DNA from: the human T2T-CHM13v2.0 reference genome, Homo sapiens
Assembly (NCBI RefSeq): GCF_009914755.1
Contig: NC_060927.1
DNA length: 64,000 nucleotides
Direction: 5' to 3' (one strand)
Below the pieces are notes generated by a model. That model had not been told where the DNA came from, ran no database searches, and saw only the letters and a program-made list of their open reading frames with translations. The position numbers and the translations under genes are program-made. Positions 26,990 to 41,411 of the stretch are shown piece by piece (the first letter of the stretch is position 1; each line of letters starts with the position of its first letter).

Positions 26990-27112
26990 TCTTTCAACAA
27001 CTGTATTTGAAGTGTTACCATGTGTCCTGTACACTGAGAATACAGATGTGAACAAAACAGACAAAAAATTCTTGTGTCCTTATGTAACTCTTAATCTGGT
27101 GGGAGAGACAGT
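26990..27112 (-). mobile_element. L2 3' end fragment
   Basis: ttcaacaactgtatttgaagtg...gaatacagatgtgaacaaaacagacaaaaa...tctggtgggagagaca. Confidence 0.7.
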
Positions 27113-28750
27113 GTATATGTTGACCTCTGGCAAAAATATTGGTGTAAAACACTTCATCATGTGGGAATTATTTGGATTCAAATATTAGGTCTAAGACTGG
27201 ATTTGCTTGGTTAATTTCTCACTTTCATCCTCTGTAATTTTGAGGAGCTCAAAGTTGCTAAAGTTTTTTTATTTTACTTACAACTGATTGTTGCCTATAA
27301 CAGAAATATCTAAAAATGTAATTATATATTTTTAAACCGATATCATCTATTATAAGTAATTATTTGCTTTGATTATTTTTCCTATACCTTTTGGAGAAAT
27401 CTTTAGCTGTTTTTTTATAAGCCTTTCCCAATTTCTGAAATACTATATGTTTCTATGACAATAATAGGACTTCATGGCAAAAATGAGACTAAAACATTAG
27501 GACATTTCATCCACAATAATTAATAAGGAAGACAAGCTGAATGCATAAAGATATTCTGATTAATTCAACTATATTACATGAACCCTTTGGTACATAGATG
27601 GTAGGGAAATCCAATTAGCTATAATATTTAAGAGACTGCTGTCCTAATACATATATCATCTTTCTAGGATAATAGCTTCTTCCTCTGATTGTACATTTTT
27701 TTTCCTCCAAAGGAAGAAAAAGAAAATAATCTAACGTGGAAAATTTTTCTTTTGAAATCTACCCCAAAATTTATTACAATAGTGTAAAACTCCTTTTAAA
27801 ATTTTAAATGTATTCAAAATACCATACTTAAACTATTCTATACAAATTAGAAGCAATTTATTTTATAGCTATAAATAAGAAGAGATTCCTAAACTCTCAT
27901 ATTTTATAGTAGGAAAATGTATATTTTTATCAATCTTAAATTTAGGCCACATTTATATTTTAAAGGAAATGGTGTAGCCTAAACTCAAAGTTTATTTGTA
28001 AATAAATAAGTCTCTAAACAATCACTCCTATGATGTAAAATAAACTTGAAAGCAAGAATTTTCCCTCTGCTGCCCACTAATAGCCTTTGCTTTCTAAACC
28101 TTTAGTCATATCTGTCATGTCCTTTAAAAAGAATGTGATCTTCCTTAAAGTATGAGCTTGATAGTCCAATTATTGATCTTCTGCTACTGGGTATGATGGA
28201 GAATCCTTAATTTTTCACAGACTATATACTGATCTAGTATATAGTCTACACTATATGTTTGTACTATATTATACAACTTTATACTATACTTAACATGTTT
28301 GCTTTTTACATAATTCCCCCATATTGCTGACATAATCTATTATTCATAATTCGGACTCCTTGGCATTTTACTTACTTATCTTTATACATAAGGGACACAC
28401 ATAATTTTATTTTTAAAATGTTAGTTAAGCTTTTAAAAAGTCTCAGAAAAACATGAAAAATCTCTATAATTCAATAATGTATTTATTCAGTATCTACTAG
28501 GGAGGATTTAATCGATAAATGTTAAAAGAAAATGTTTCACCATAGAATAGATACCAAAATTATATGATAATGAATTATCTAATTATTATGCAAACATTTT
28601 ATTAGGTATATAGGTTTTATTATTTTCTTGTAATTCTCAATACTTGAATTTTACAAGTGTCACTGGCAAATGTTGACTAATGACAAAAATGTCAAATACT
28701 TGTCTCTGTGATGAAGCAATCATGTTGCTACAGATATTGTATAGAGACAC

Positions 28751-28900
28751 AGCCCAGATGTGGTGGCTCACACCTGTAATCCCTGCACTTTGGGAAGCTG
28801 AGGATCTCTTGAGCCCAGGAGTTTGAGACTGCAGTGAGTTAGGATTGTGCACTGCACTCTACCCTGGGCCACAGAGTGAGATCTTGTTTAAAATAAATAA
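28751..28900 (+). mobile_element. Monomeric Alu (left-arm start joined to right-arm end; AluJ/FRAM-like)
   Basis: ggctcacacctgtaatccctgcactttggga...tgagcccaggagtttgagactgcagtgag...cactgcactct...acagagtgaga. Confidence 0.8.
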
Positions 28901-28975
28901 ATGAAGGAAGGAAGGAAGGAGGAAGCAAGGAGGGAGAGAGGGAAGGAAGAAAGAAGGGAGGAAGGAAGAAGCAGA
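28901..28975. repeat. (GGAA)n/GA-rich tract
   Basis: Directly visible after the Alu tail. Confidence 0.9.
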
Positions 28976-30067
28976 AATAATGTTATAATACTACAGACGA
29001 AGGTATATGAAATCAGGATGGTAATGACAGTTGCAAAATAGGTGAAAGCATTTGCTCTTCCTGCCAGAGCAAGATGGCTGGGGGGCCTTAGACAGTGAGT
29101 AATCAAAATTGGAAGCAGAAACTATGGCTTCCTAGTTGCTAGTAGCTAGGGTAATGAGTTAGAGAGTTAGGATTAATGATACAGGATTTGTATTTCTCAC
29201 TAGTCAGGATCCAAAGAACTTTAGAATCATTAATTGAGAGTGGGAAGTGTAACCAGGTCTCAGAAGAAATTCTATTTAATTGTTTAAGTTATAGACCTAT
29301 ACTGAGTGCAAAGTTCCATAGTGGTGATGACACAGAGTGGACTAGAATCCCAGAGCAGTCATTATTTGAATGGTTTGTGCAATTGACATATGCCTCAGTT
29401 TTTGTTTTTGTTTTTTAACCAATAAGCATGGAAAAAAAAAACCTCCTATGTTAGTTTCTTATTTTTCATATATAGAAAGTCATATGGAATACTCCTGCTA
29501 TATGGTAAGTACTCCACAAATTACAGTTACTAGGCTACAGATAAAGAAATGGTCTAATTTTGAAATAAGCTTATGATCTTTTGGAAAGTAAGTACCTTAT
29601 ATTATGGGAATTGGGTATGTGAATAATCGGGGCTCAATATGAAATTTTGAAGTTCTACCATTCTGAATTGGAAAATTGAAGCAAGTGTTGATCTGAAATC
29701 TAAAATGTCATGTGCACTGAGATCAGGATACACGTATTCAGAGAGCAGAATGAATTCAATCTCAAGGCAGAGGGAGTTAACTTCTGTGGCCTATTTATAT
29801 TTCTGAAGGAGTCTTCCAGGCTGAAGGTCAGGGCAAAAAGTATAGTCATTTCTTGGAGTGCAAAATCCCTGTGATGCAGACACTGTTCTATTTGTTGTTG
29901 TCATTGTTGTTACTGTTGTTGATATTTGGCTATAACATAAGAGGAAAAGTGTGCTTATAGAGATATTTTCTTTTCTATTCTGTGAATATCATAAAAAGTA
30001 AGGTTAGTAAATGTTATAAATGAATTCTGTCAGAAAACACTTTATAAAAGGAAAAATCTCACACGCC

Positions 30068-30330
30068 ATCCATTCAACAATATTTAAAGCCCACTTAGTA
30101 TTTACAAGGAACTCTACTAATCAATGAAAATTAACGTGATCAGGCTAAAGCTTTTGAGGGGACCAGGAAAAAACCAAGTCATAACTAGAGAAAGCACCTT
30201 GGGGAAGTTTGGCTATAGAAATACAAAGGCATAGCATCTAAGTCAAATGAGGCGAAAGGAAGTCAAGAGAACATGAACCAGGAAGGGAACTCTCCTCCTA
30301 GGAGGTGGCACTTGAGAAGAGATAACAAAG
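30068..30330 (-). mobile_element. L2 fragment
   Basis: catccattcaacaatatttaa...ggaggtggcacttgag. Confidence 0.5.
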
Positions 30331-32518
30331 AAAGCATTGGTTGCACAATTCTAATGTCAATAAGCAAAATATTCATTGATTATCTACTGCCCGTCTTAGA
30401 ATAGCACAAAGGGCCTTTTCAGGCTTGTCTTATTTTGCTTAAATTTTGAGGTTGTGATGAAGTTGAAGAAGGGAGGATGGACTTGGAGAAAAACCTCCAA
30501 GTTATAACTTCTCAAAGGCAGTAATTAGAGAGTATCTCCTCTTTGTCTCTGATTCAGGACTCAGCTAAGGCCCAGCAAATGGGAAACTTCCTTTTTAAAA
30601 AAAGCCAGTGTAGTGCTGGCAGTCATTAAAGATTTGCTGAATTACTGACCTCTTATCGCCCACATGCCCTGGGGAATCTGTTAGCAGTCCACCACCTCTT
30701 GTCACTAATCAAGATGCCTTTATGTTAACACCTCCCTTTTAAAAGCAAGTCAGTCAGGAAACTTAAGTAGATTAACACTTAATCATTAATTACCTCATGG
30801 GATAACCAAACAAATTTCTTTTCTGTTTAGGCTATCTCTGATCTTCTGCCCCAGGATATATTTTTCAGGCATTGAAGGACTGATGTGAGTTACTCTGGTA
30901 GTCCTGGCACTTAGGGTCTTGGTGAATCTGCTTGGGGAAAGGAATGAAGGCATGGAAACAGGACAGAAAGGTGAAGCTAGAGCAGAGAAAAAGCACTGAA
31001 AAGAAACTTCAACTGATTTTTAGTTTCACCTAGGGTATTTCTAGGAGTTAGAACCTCCATCCAAGAATGCCTGAGCTAATGTAAATTAAGATCTGACTTT
31101 ATGTCTTGGTTCTACCCATCAATCATAATCACTCGGTTATTAACAGAGTATTTGCCAAAGGCCAATGGCACTTCGTGACCAAACAAGAAGAAAAGGAAAT
31201 ATGAAAGTTCTTAATATATAACTTTTCTTGTGGGTTTACATTTTCTTTTTTTTTTTAGTTCTGAATCAGGTAATTGATTCAGTTTTTCATGTTTGCACAG
31301 TTTATTTAACTATGTTAACTAAATGGTCTGAACAGAATAGTTGCTACCATGGCTTAAGTTACTGGTTCAGTGTCTATGGCAATGCATTAAATCAAGTTTC
31401 TGCTCCCAGTTTTATAAAAAGGAAAATTGACTAGATGAGAACATTGCCACCTTATTCATTATGTATAGCTCATTAGTTCCCTTGTCAACTTTCCTTTGCT
31501 TTTAATCAATTGAAAGAAAAAGTCTTCATGGATTTTTAGTAGGAAACATATGGAGCTGTAAATCATCAGTAATGTGTGAACTTATATTTACAGGTGCAAC
31601 TGACCTTGACTGTGCATCCTTCCCAACTTACTTCTTATAAATCCTGTAATCAATAAGTGAAATAGTATTCCATACCCTTCATAATTCACCTTCCAATGTC
31701 TGTTTTTCCACACATCATCTAAGCTTCTATAAAACATTCTTTTCCTCTGTAATGGACTCCAATCCTGTTTATAAGTTTTATAAATAAGAGCTTAACATTT
31801 CTTCTCAATACTTAGAAATGACGATAAAAGAATTAGTTGACAAGATTGGTATCTTAAGAATTTCAACTCCACTTAAATATCTAAGTGGATGCTGCATTTT
31901 TTCAAAGAGTTACCCTGAGTGGCAATATATTCATTCCAAGAGTGTTGCCTTTGCACATAGATCATTGCAGCTATCCCTTTCAAATAGCATTTAGAATCTA
32001 TTTTCAGATTTAAAAAATAGTCTAACATTAGTTTTAAAAAATAACCAAAGGTATTTAATGCACACCACTACATATTATTTCTTTCTATATACATTTGTGA
32101 ATTTATTGGGAAGAGTAAACAGTTGGAGATGTGTCAATGCTGGGTTTGAGGTTGGATGAGATTTTATATTATTAAGTGGAGATTATTACATTAGAATGAG
32201 ACTAGAACCAATCTATCTTGGGCCTTTATACTTCTTTTTTCTCCCTCAGGTTTGAGGTATCAGGACACATTTAGGGCCCTGTTACCTTTTAAACATAATA
32301 TGGGCTCAAGTAAAATGAACTATTATTTTCAAAATATATTAACGCATTACAGGATGTTAGCCAAGTAAATTTTTATACATATTTATTTTACTTTAAGTGA
32401 ATATTTAAAATACATTTTCAGTTTGTTTCTTAGGATAAGTGAGAAAAATATCAAATATTTGAGAGAAAAAAAGATTTTTAAAAAGAGCGAGAGTTACTCA
32501 TAAAAAATGAGTAAATTC

Positions 32519-33144
<626 letters not shown>

Positions 33145-34203
33145 AAGATTTTGTTTCTATTTTGGGTGCACCCTTTATAAGAGATCAAGTACACCATTAA
33201 CATGTTATGTGTATTACTTGGAAAATGAAATGGAAACATTATCCATTCAATCACTAATTCTCTCAAGAAGACATGCCTATATTCCCAGGGGCTAAATTAT
33301 ATATTTTTTCTAACTGCATTCCTAACTCCCCAGCTTTCTCCAGATCCTGATATGTCTCCTCCCTGTTCTATTCATTTCCATTGTGTTGAAAACCATACTC
33401 TGCAAGGCGCAGTGTGTCTGACTGAAGTATATTATGCACGCGAGCTTTCCAAAAGCTGAAAAAAATATTGAGAACCAATGAATAAAACCATAGGTATCTA
33501 AAAGACATTGAATAATAATAAGAGATATACAATAGAATTTAAGAATTCATTAATAAAAAGTATAACTGGAGTTTTTCTAAAATAATGGACTCTTAAACCA
33601 GTAAAATATATATCTAATTTAAAATGGTTTCTTTTAAATTATAATAAAACATATACATGTAGGCACATCTTATTAAACAATGGACAAATGTAGAACTAAA
33701 TTTCATTTCCACTTAAAAAGGCACAGGCAGGTTTCAAATGGTTCTGCATATAAACTTGCTGACATGAATAATTTTAAATCAGGCCAGTTATAGCTTTCAT
33801 TCTTTGAACTGAATTCAAAACTCTCTTACTTTTACATTATTAGAGAGATGAATCAAATGTTTCTATAATGCCTACTTTCATTCAATCCACACCCAATTTT
33901 AGAGGACTGCTGTCACAATGCCAAAAAAACATAGACTGAAGTTTTAATAATGTTTCTTATATGATAAAGAAATTCTAGGGTAATTTTATAGCACAGTATA
34001 AGTGCTGAACTTGTGTTATACCTTTCAAATAACAGTAACCACCTCTAATTTCTTAAAGGGCTCTTTAAAAAAATGCATGGTATGTCCATCATAGAGCAAG
34101 AAATGCCTCTTTTTATAATATATTCAAAATGGAGGTGGTTATGTTTCCTTTTACACTGGTATTGCAATTCATTTTCTGTTAGTAAGCAAGAATATTGACC
34201 AAC

Positions 34204-34575
34204 TGTATTACACTCTGTTCTCACACTGCTATAAAGAAATACCCAAGACTGGGTAATTTATCAAGGGAAGAGATTTAATGGACTCACAGTTCCACATGGC
34301 TGGGGAGGCCTCAGGAAACTTACAACCATGGTGGAAAGGGAAGACGCACATCTTACATGGTGGCAGGAGAGAGATAACAAGCAAGAGCAAGGAAAACTGC
34401 CTTATAAAACCACCAGATGTCATGACAACTCTCTCATTATCACAAGAACAGCATGGGAGAAACCACCCCCATGATACAATCACCGCCCACTTGGTCCCTC
34501 CCTCTACACATGGGGATTATGGGGATTACAATTTGCAGTGAGATTTGGTTGGGGACACAGAGCCAAACCATATCA
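34204..34575 (-). mobile_element. THE1D/MSTA-type MaLR solo LTR with 5-bp TSD
   Basis: tgtatta...agccaaaccatatca termini; TSD ccaac at 34199-34203 and 34576-34580. Confidence 0.93.
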
Positions 34576-35164
34576 CCAACATAATATAAAATCACTTTGA
34601 AAGGACCTCAAAATACATCCTAAAATTTGTTTCAAAGATGAAAAATATAACTTAAAATACCATGACTTCTGAATCAGGGTAGTTTGCAAGGTGATTATCT
34701 TCACAATTAGAACCAAAATGCTTAATAATACTATTTTAGTTTGTGTAAAACTTTAAAGAGTATTCATGCTCTTCATCTCCCTATTTCTATCTTTTTTAAA
34801 GAAAAGCAGTCAATTAGTTAAATAATCACTAATGCAGTTTTATATGATAATAAATAATGACACCAACTTGGATTGTCTTAACAAATCTGAACAGTGACTT
34901 TTCTTTTGAGAATTGAAAGCATCCCTAGAAACAAATTTGCCTGTATGTTTAATGACTCATACATTCCAAATACATCCAGGAGACAATCAACAGTTTATCT
35001 GATGTATGATATATAAAACAAATTATTTAAGTGAACTTCATTTATCTTAGTCTATACGATATAATCATAATGCTATTTATAATGAGCTCAAATAGCAACA
35101 AGAAAATATTGGAGAAGTTAATATTGAAGAAATAAAATTAATCAAGCTGTCCTACTATTCAATT

Positions 35165-36627
35165 TCTGAATATTCAGATACAGTAAATGTTAGTTAATAC
35201 ATGAACAAGTAATTATCAAGAAAATAATCCGATTTACAATAACTAACAAAAAAATCTTATGGATGAGTTTAACCAAGGAGGTGAAAGATTACTACACTGA
35301 GAGATCAATACACTAAAACACTGAAAAACATTGATAAAAAAACTGAAGAAGACACAAATAAATGGAAAGATATTTTGTGCTCATGAATTAGAACCCTTAA
35401 TATTGTTAAAATGTCCATACTATTCAAAACAATCTACAGATTCCATTCAATCCCTATCAAAATATCAATGAAATTCTTCACAGAAATAGAAAAAAATACT
35501 CTAAAATTCATATGGAACCACAAAACACCCCAAATAGCAAAGCAATCTTGAGCAAAAAGAACAGATCTGGAGGCATCACACCACCTGATTTCAAAATACA
35601 CTACAAAGCTAATAGTAACTAAAACAGCATGGTACTGGCATTAAAACAGACACACAGGCCAACAGAACAGAATAGAGAAGATATAAATAAATTCATGCAC
35701 TTATAGCCAACTTATTTTCAACAAAGGTGCCAAGTATACACGTGAAGAAAGGACAGTCTTTCAATAATTGGTGCTGGGAAAACTAGATAGTCACCTGCAG
35801 AAGAATGAAGCTAGACCTCTATCTCTCACCATGTACAAAATCAATTCAAAATTGATTAAAGGCTGAAATGTAAGATCTGAAATGATAAAACTACTGGAAG
35901 GAAACCTAGGAGAAATGCTTCATGACATTGGTCTGGGCAAGGATTTTTTTGGATAAGACCACAAAAGCACAAGCAAGAAGAGCAAAAATAGCAAAATGGA
36001 ATTACATCTAATGTAAATGCTCCTGTACACCAAAGGAAACACTCTAAAGAGTGAAAATAGAACTTACAGAATGGGAGAAAATATTTGAAAACTATGCATC
36101 TGACAAGAGGTAATATACAGAATATATCAGGAACTCAACTCAATAGCAAAAACCCAATTAATCCAATTTAAAAATATGCAAAACACCTGAGTAGATATTT
36201 CTCAAAAGAAGATAAACAAATGGCAATGGGTATATGAAAAAATGCTCATTATCACTAATAATCAGGGAAAAGCAAATCAAAACCACAATGAGATATCACC
36301 TCACTCTGATTAGAATGACTGTTATCACAAAGACAAAAAATAACAAATGCTGGCAGATGTGGGGAAAGGGAATTCTTATACACTGGTGGAAATGTAATTA
36401 GTATTAGCTATTATGGAAAACAGTATGTAGGTTCCTCAAAAAATTAAAAATGGAACAACCATAAAATCCAGCAGTTGCACTATGGAGTATAAATCCAAAG
36501 AAAATTAGGTTGGTATGTTGAAGAGATAGCTGCACTCTCATGTTTATTGAAGCTCTATTCATAATAGCCATGATATGGATTCAACCTAAGTATCTACCAA
36601 TGGATGAATGGATAAAGGAAATTTGGT

Positions 36628-36668
<41 letters not shown>

Positions 36669-37183
36669 ATGGAGTACTACTGAGCCCTAAAAAAGCATGA
36701 AATCATGTCATTTGTGGCAACATGGATGACACTTGAGGACATTATGATAGGTGAAATAAGCAAGACAAAGAAAGACAAAGGCCTTCCTTATTATCTCACT
36801 TACCTGTAGAATCTACAGGAGTTGATCTCATAGAACTAAAGAGCAGAATAGTGGCTCCCAGATCTGGAACGTGTACAAGAGGAAGGATGGGGAGAAACTG
36901 AGTCAGCAGGTACAAAGTCACAGTTAGATAGGAAGAATAGGTTCTGGTGTTCTATTGCACAGTAGAATGACAATGGTTAACAGTATTGTATATTTTAAAT
37001 AGCTGGAAAAGAGGATTTTGAATGTTCTCGCCACAAAAAAAAATGATAAATGTGCGAAGTTATGGATATGCTAAATGCCCTGATCTGATTTTCGCACAAT
37101 GTATACATGTATCACAACATCACACTATATACCCCATAAATATATTTATTATTATGTGTCTCTTAAAAACAAAATTTCAAAAA
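35165..37183 (+). mobile_element. L1MA-type LINE-1, 3' ~2 kb (degenerate ORF2 end plus 3' UTR)
   Basis: gaagaagacacaaataaatggaaaga, ggtgctgggaaaactagata, caatgagatatcacctcac; 3' UTR ggtacaaagtcacagttagatagg...accccataaat. Confidence 0.93.
36631..36666. repeat. (CA)18 microsatellite inside L1
   Basis: Perfect CA run. Confidence 0.97.
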
Positions 37184-37432
37184 TGGTAATCTTGTTATAC
37201 TAAGGTTTCTGAAAATGCAAAGAGAAATGTGATATATATATGTTACTCCTTTAAACTTAAAGAGTAAAAAATTAAAATCAATGTATCCTAAATACTAAAA
37301 AAAAATTAGAATGTTGAGCTAAGACGACAAGATGAAAAAGAGTAGTACTTTTAGTGCAGGAGTAAATTTCAGAATTTTAGAGATTGTATTTTTAAAGGTA
37401 AATCACTACCTGTCCTGTTAAGAGGAAGCTAA

Positions 37433-37737
37433 GACAGATACTGTGGTTCTCACCTGTAATCTCAGCACTTTGAGAGGCCAAGGCAAGTGGATGGCTTGAG
37501 CCCAGGAGCTTGAGACCAGCCTAGGCAACATAGGGACATGCCATCTCTACCAAGAAATACAAATTAAAAATTTAGCCAGGCCTGGTGGCATGCATCTGGG
37601 GTGCTACCACCCAGCTACTCCGGAGACTGAGGCAGGAGGATTGCTTAAGCCAGGGAGATCGAGCTGCAGTGAGCCATAATCATGCCACTGCGCTCCAGCC
37701 TGGGTGACAGAGCAAGAAACTGTCTCAAATTAAAAAG
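37433..37737 (+). mobile_element. AluJ-type SINE
   Basis: gcttgagcccaggagcttgagaccagcctaggcaacatag; ggaggattgcttaagcc; gagccataatcatgccactg. Confidence 0.92.
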
Positions 37738-40700
37738 GTGCGGGAAGATAAGTTTGTGTTTATACCTTTGTAAATATAATTCTGAAACTGTAGCGTATTT
37801 TTGACAAGTGCTTTGCTTTTGTTATCAAATAATGCTGGCAGTGGAATGAGGCTCACGACATTATTATCAATAAACACATAAAGAAAATAAAAGGCTATAC
37901 CTATATTTCTTTCTAATGTTCTCAAGAGTAGGCCAAAAATATAACAAGCAAGATACTAGAGGTTTAGTTAATCTGATTGTATTGTTTTCATATAGATCTC
38001 TAGATTTCTGCAATTGGATGTGTTTAACATGAAACCTTGATATATGATTTCACTACCAACAACAACAAAAAATCAGTTGGGATTATGATTTCTAATGGTG
38101 TGGAAACCCTGTTTTATAAAAATAAGACACATTAGCTACTTAAAGTTCATCTGAACCTGAACTGTAATTATTTCAGAGAAGTCCTGAAATCATTTTGGTC
38201 CTGATTTAGAGGTCTTCTTTGTCTTTTCAATTTAAAGCAATTTTCATGTATAGATTTTTACCACATTTCCACCTTTTATAAAACCCTAAAGAATATCAGT
38301 CACTAAACCTACTGTAGTAACTGATCTGATATTCATTTAAGCTAAAACTTTAAGCTAAAAGAAAATAATTAAATTTGTTTGACCTAAAAAGAATGTCCTT
38401 GCATTTTGTAGTCTCCATTAAAAAAAAAAACACTCCAGTAATCTTTCGAATCTTTTTTCAGCCAACAGCTCTGTAACATCTTGCCTCTATACATGATACT
38501 GCCTTTTTAGCCAATTCCAACCTAGAGCAATGAGTAACCATGGCTCCATCCAATTTTCCACATGACATCTGTGGCAGTAGAAGTATTAACAGGACTTCTC
38601 TCCTGGAGAGCTTTGCCTTAGGAAGAGCTTAAATTTCTGTAAGAAAGTCACTGACACAGGAATTCAGTCAGGACTCTGCACTAGGACTAGAAGCTGCCAG
38701 GGTTCAGATGCTGACAAGGCAATGTTTCTTATCTCTGAGATTTCGTGCCCTTCCCCCATGAAGCTATGCTCCTCCAGTCTGGCAGGGAACTCGCCTATGG
38801 ACAAGAGGGTGACAGACATCTTTTGATGATGAGCATCCACAGGCACAGGGAACAGAATCTTGCTATTCATTGAGCTGCACAGCTGTGGCAACTGGATTCT
38901 GCCCGGGTGTCAACAATGGGGGCAGGGCTTCAGTTTAGGCAAAAGGGAAACAGCTTGAGTATAAATGAACTGCTTTTAGGCTCTTTGAATTTATCTTCCC
39001 CAGATGCCCTGAGATTTCAGATCCACTCTTTATTTTACTAAAACTTCATAGCTGTGAAGTGACCATCTTCTCTGAAGGCTCACATGGAAAAAAAACAAAC
39101 ATGTTTCTACATGGTAAAAGGCATGTTTGCATATTTACATATGAATATATTGATGGATCCTTGGCATTAATGATTCTACAACTGTATGTTCTTATTAAAC
39201 TCTGGGTTCAGCATAAAATAGTATCTTACTGATTTATCTTCAGTGCTATTGTATGGTCTGCTTGGCTGCAGGTTGTATAAGATGACAAAGCATTGATTTA
39301 GTGAATTTTTTCACAGTTTTGTGAACAAAAAGCTTGCATATTTAATAAGTAAGTTATTCAAATCTTGAAGAAATACAGGCACGTTCTCCAGGCATTTTTA
39401 GAAAGAAGAGAAAGAGAATCTATAGCAGGTGGATATTTCCAACTAGGCAAAACGAAAAGCACACAAAGAGTTAACTCAACTGTATAAATGAATATGCTAA
39501 TGAATGCATAATTTATCTCTGAAGAAACATATTTATTGTTTCACTATTTGATTAGATGGCTTCAATGTTCAATTAATCAGTTACCTTTCAATATCATTCC
39601 TGAGAGCTGCTTAATTAATCTGTTGCACTACCACCCTATTCATCCTATTAGCAATCCCTCGTCCCATTTCAAATGACAAAATCCAGGAACTGTGCCACGT
39701 AAAGACTTTATGTCAATGTCAAGTGAAGGTTGATAAGTGGCTGGCTTTTTTTCTTTATTAGGTTAATCAAACCAATCAGCTTTATAGGATTTACATTTGT
39801 CAGAAAATGTTAATGAGTTGAAACTAATGAGAAATAGAGGGGGAAAACCACCAAGAGAATGGTGGCACAGTTTATACACTTCAACAGCAATATACTACTT
39901 TCATTAAATAGATTGTTTTATCCTCGTTTTCTAAATGATGGATTTAAAATGTCCTGCTAATTAAACTCAAACTCGTCTATTGTGTTCTATATTGCATCTC
40001 TTACTAACAAAGGAAGCACAATAGATACACATTCATATGTGTCTTTGAATCAAAAAGTGTGCTGTATGTTTACTACTTTCTGGGCACTGTTTCTTCCATA
40101 ATGTTATTAATAATAGTTCTAATAATAGTTCCATGAAAACTTACCAGTTTGAAGGTGCTATGTACATAGTATAGAGTAGATTTCAAGAAATGGTTGAGAT
40201 ACCCCAAGACTTAAATCATGGGTTGAGTTCTTTCCTCATCTGTTTCATTTAAGCTTGAAATATCTCTCTTCTACTTCTCTTTTCTTCCTTTTCTCTTACT
40301 ATTGTCTGATACTCCGGATAATTCCTCAGCATTACTCCCTTTGCTCTCCAGAGCAGGGACGTTTTGATAGAAGTTGCAGCACAAATCTCATACCACCTCC
40401 TTTACCTTCTCAATGTCCTAGGCCAACTTTCATTTTCACCCACTACCTCACATACACACACTCCTTAGCATTCTCAGAGGGATTTAATACACTTTGAATC
40501 AATCATCTGTTACCTTAAATAACTTCCAAAGCAAAATACATATCAAACCATAAGGTGTTGTTTCTTTAATTGTATGGGTGCCATAAGTCTCTTTGAGAAA
40601 ACTAATGATAATAATAGTAATATTTGTCATATACTTGAGTACTTTTAATTTGCCATGCACAACTTTAAATTCTTTTTTTCTATATGTCTCAGACAGAATA

Positions 40701-41132
40701 GATGGAGTGTGCAAGGATAGATGGTGAATATGTATTTTGGTAAATTTGTAGAGAAAACGAAGAAAACATATAATTCACTAAATAATGATAATATCCAATG
40801 TCTGTTGGGGGCAAAGAGCCTAGAATGGACAAAAGTAGTATGTAAATTTAGAAGGGTGGGAGATCAGATTTAAGGCATCCTGAGGTCAAGGTATATTTGG
40901 AGAAAAAAAATACTATTTAAACTTCGTTCAGAAGAATGACGTAGAGTTTTAATTAATCAATTCCAAACATGTAGAGGGAGAATTAGGATGGGGAAGAGAA
41001 AAAGTACACCCAAAGGAGGTAGGAAGGGTGAGTGTAAAACAGGAAAGGCAGAATGAATAGAAAGGATAAATAGAAATAAGAGAGTGGAAATAAATCCAAA
41101 GAAGTAAGTAAACAAAATAAAGGAAAAAAAAA

Positions 41133-41260
41133 TCTGAGCATGGTGGTGCAACCCTGTAATTTCAGCTACTTGGAAGGCTAAGGTGGGAGGATTGCTGTAG
41201 CTAAGGAGTTCAAGACCAGCCTGGACAATATATCAAGACCCCATCTTGAAAGAAAAATAA
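41133..41260 (+). mobile_element. FLAM (free left Alu monomer)
   Basis: ggtggtgc...cagctacttggaaggctaaggtgggaggattgct...ggagttcaagaccagcctgg...agaccccatct then A-rich tail. Confidence 0.8.
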
Positions 41261-41408
41261 AGCAAGGAAGCAAGAAGAAAGGAAGGAAAGGAAGGAAAGA
41301 AGGAAAGGAAGGAAATGAAGGAAGGGAGAGAGGGAGGAAAGGAGGGAGGGATAAAGATGAAGAGATAAGAAAAAAAGAAAAGAAAGCAAGAAAGAGAAAG
41401 AAGGAAAA
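41260..41408. repeat. GA-rich polypurine tract (expanded FLAM tail)
   Basis: (GGAA/GAAA/GGGA)n. Confidence 0.9.
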
Positions 41409-41411
41409 TGG

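Noticed and set aside
38335-40125. 10-13-bp tandem duplications (ttaagctaaaa, taataatagttc; similar ones at ~16390, 16780, 22700, 60215)
   Set aside because: Expected background of slippage duplications in AT-rich mammalian DNA.
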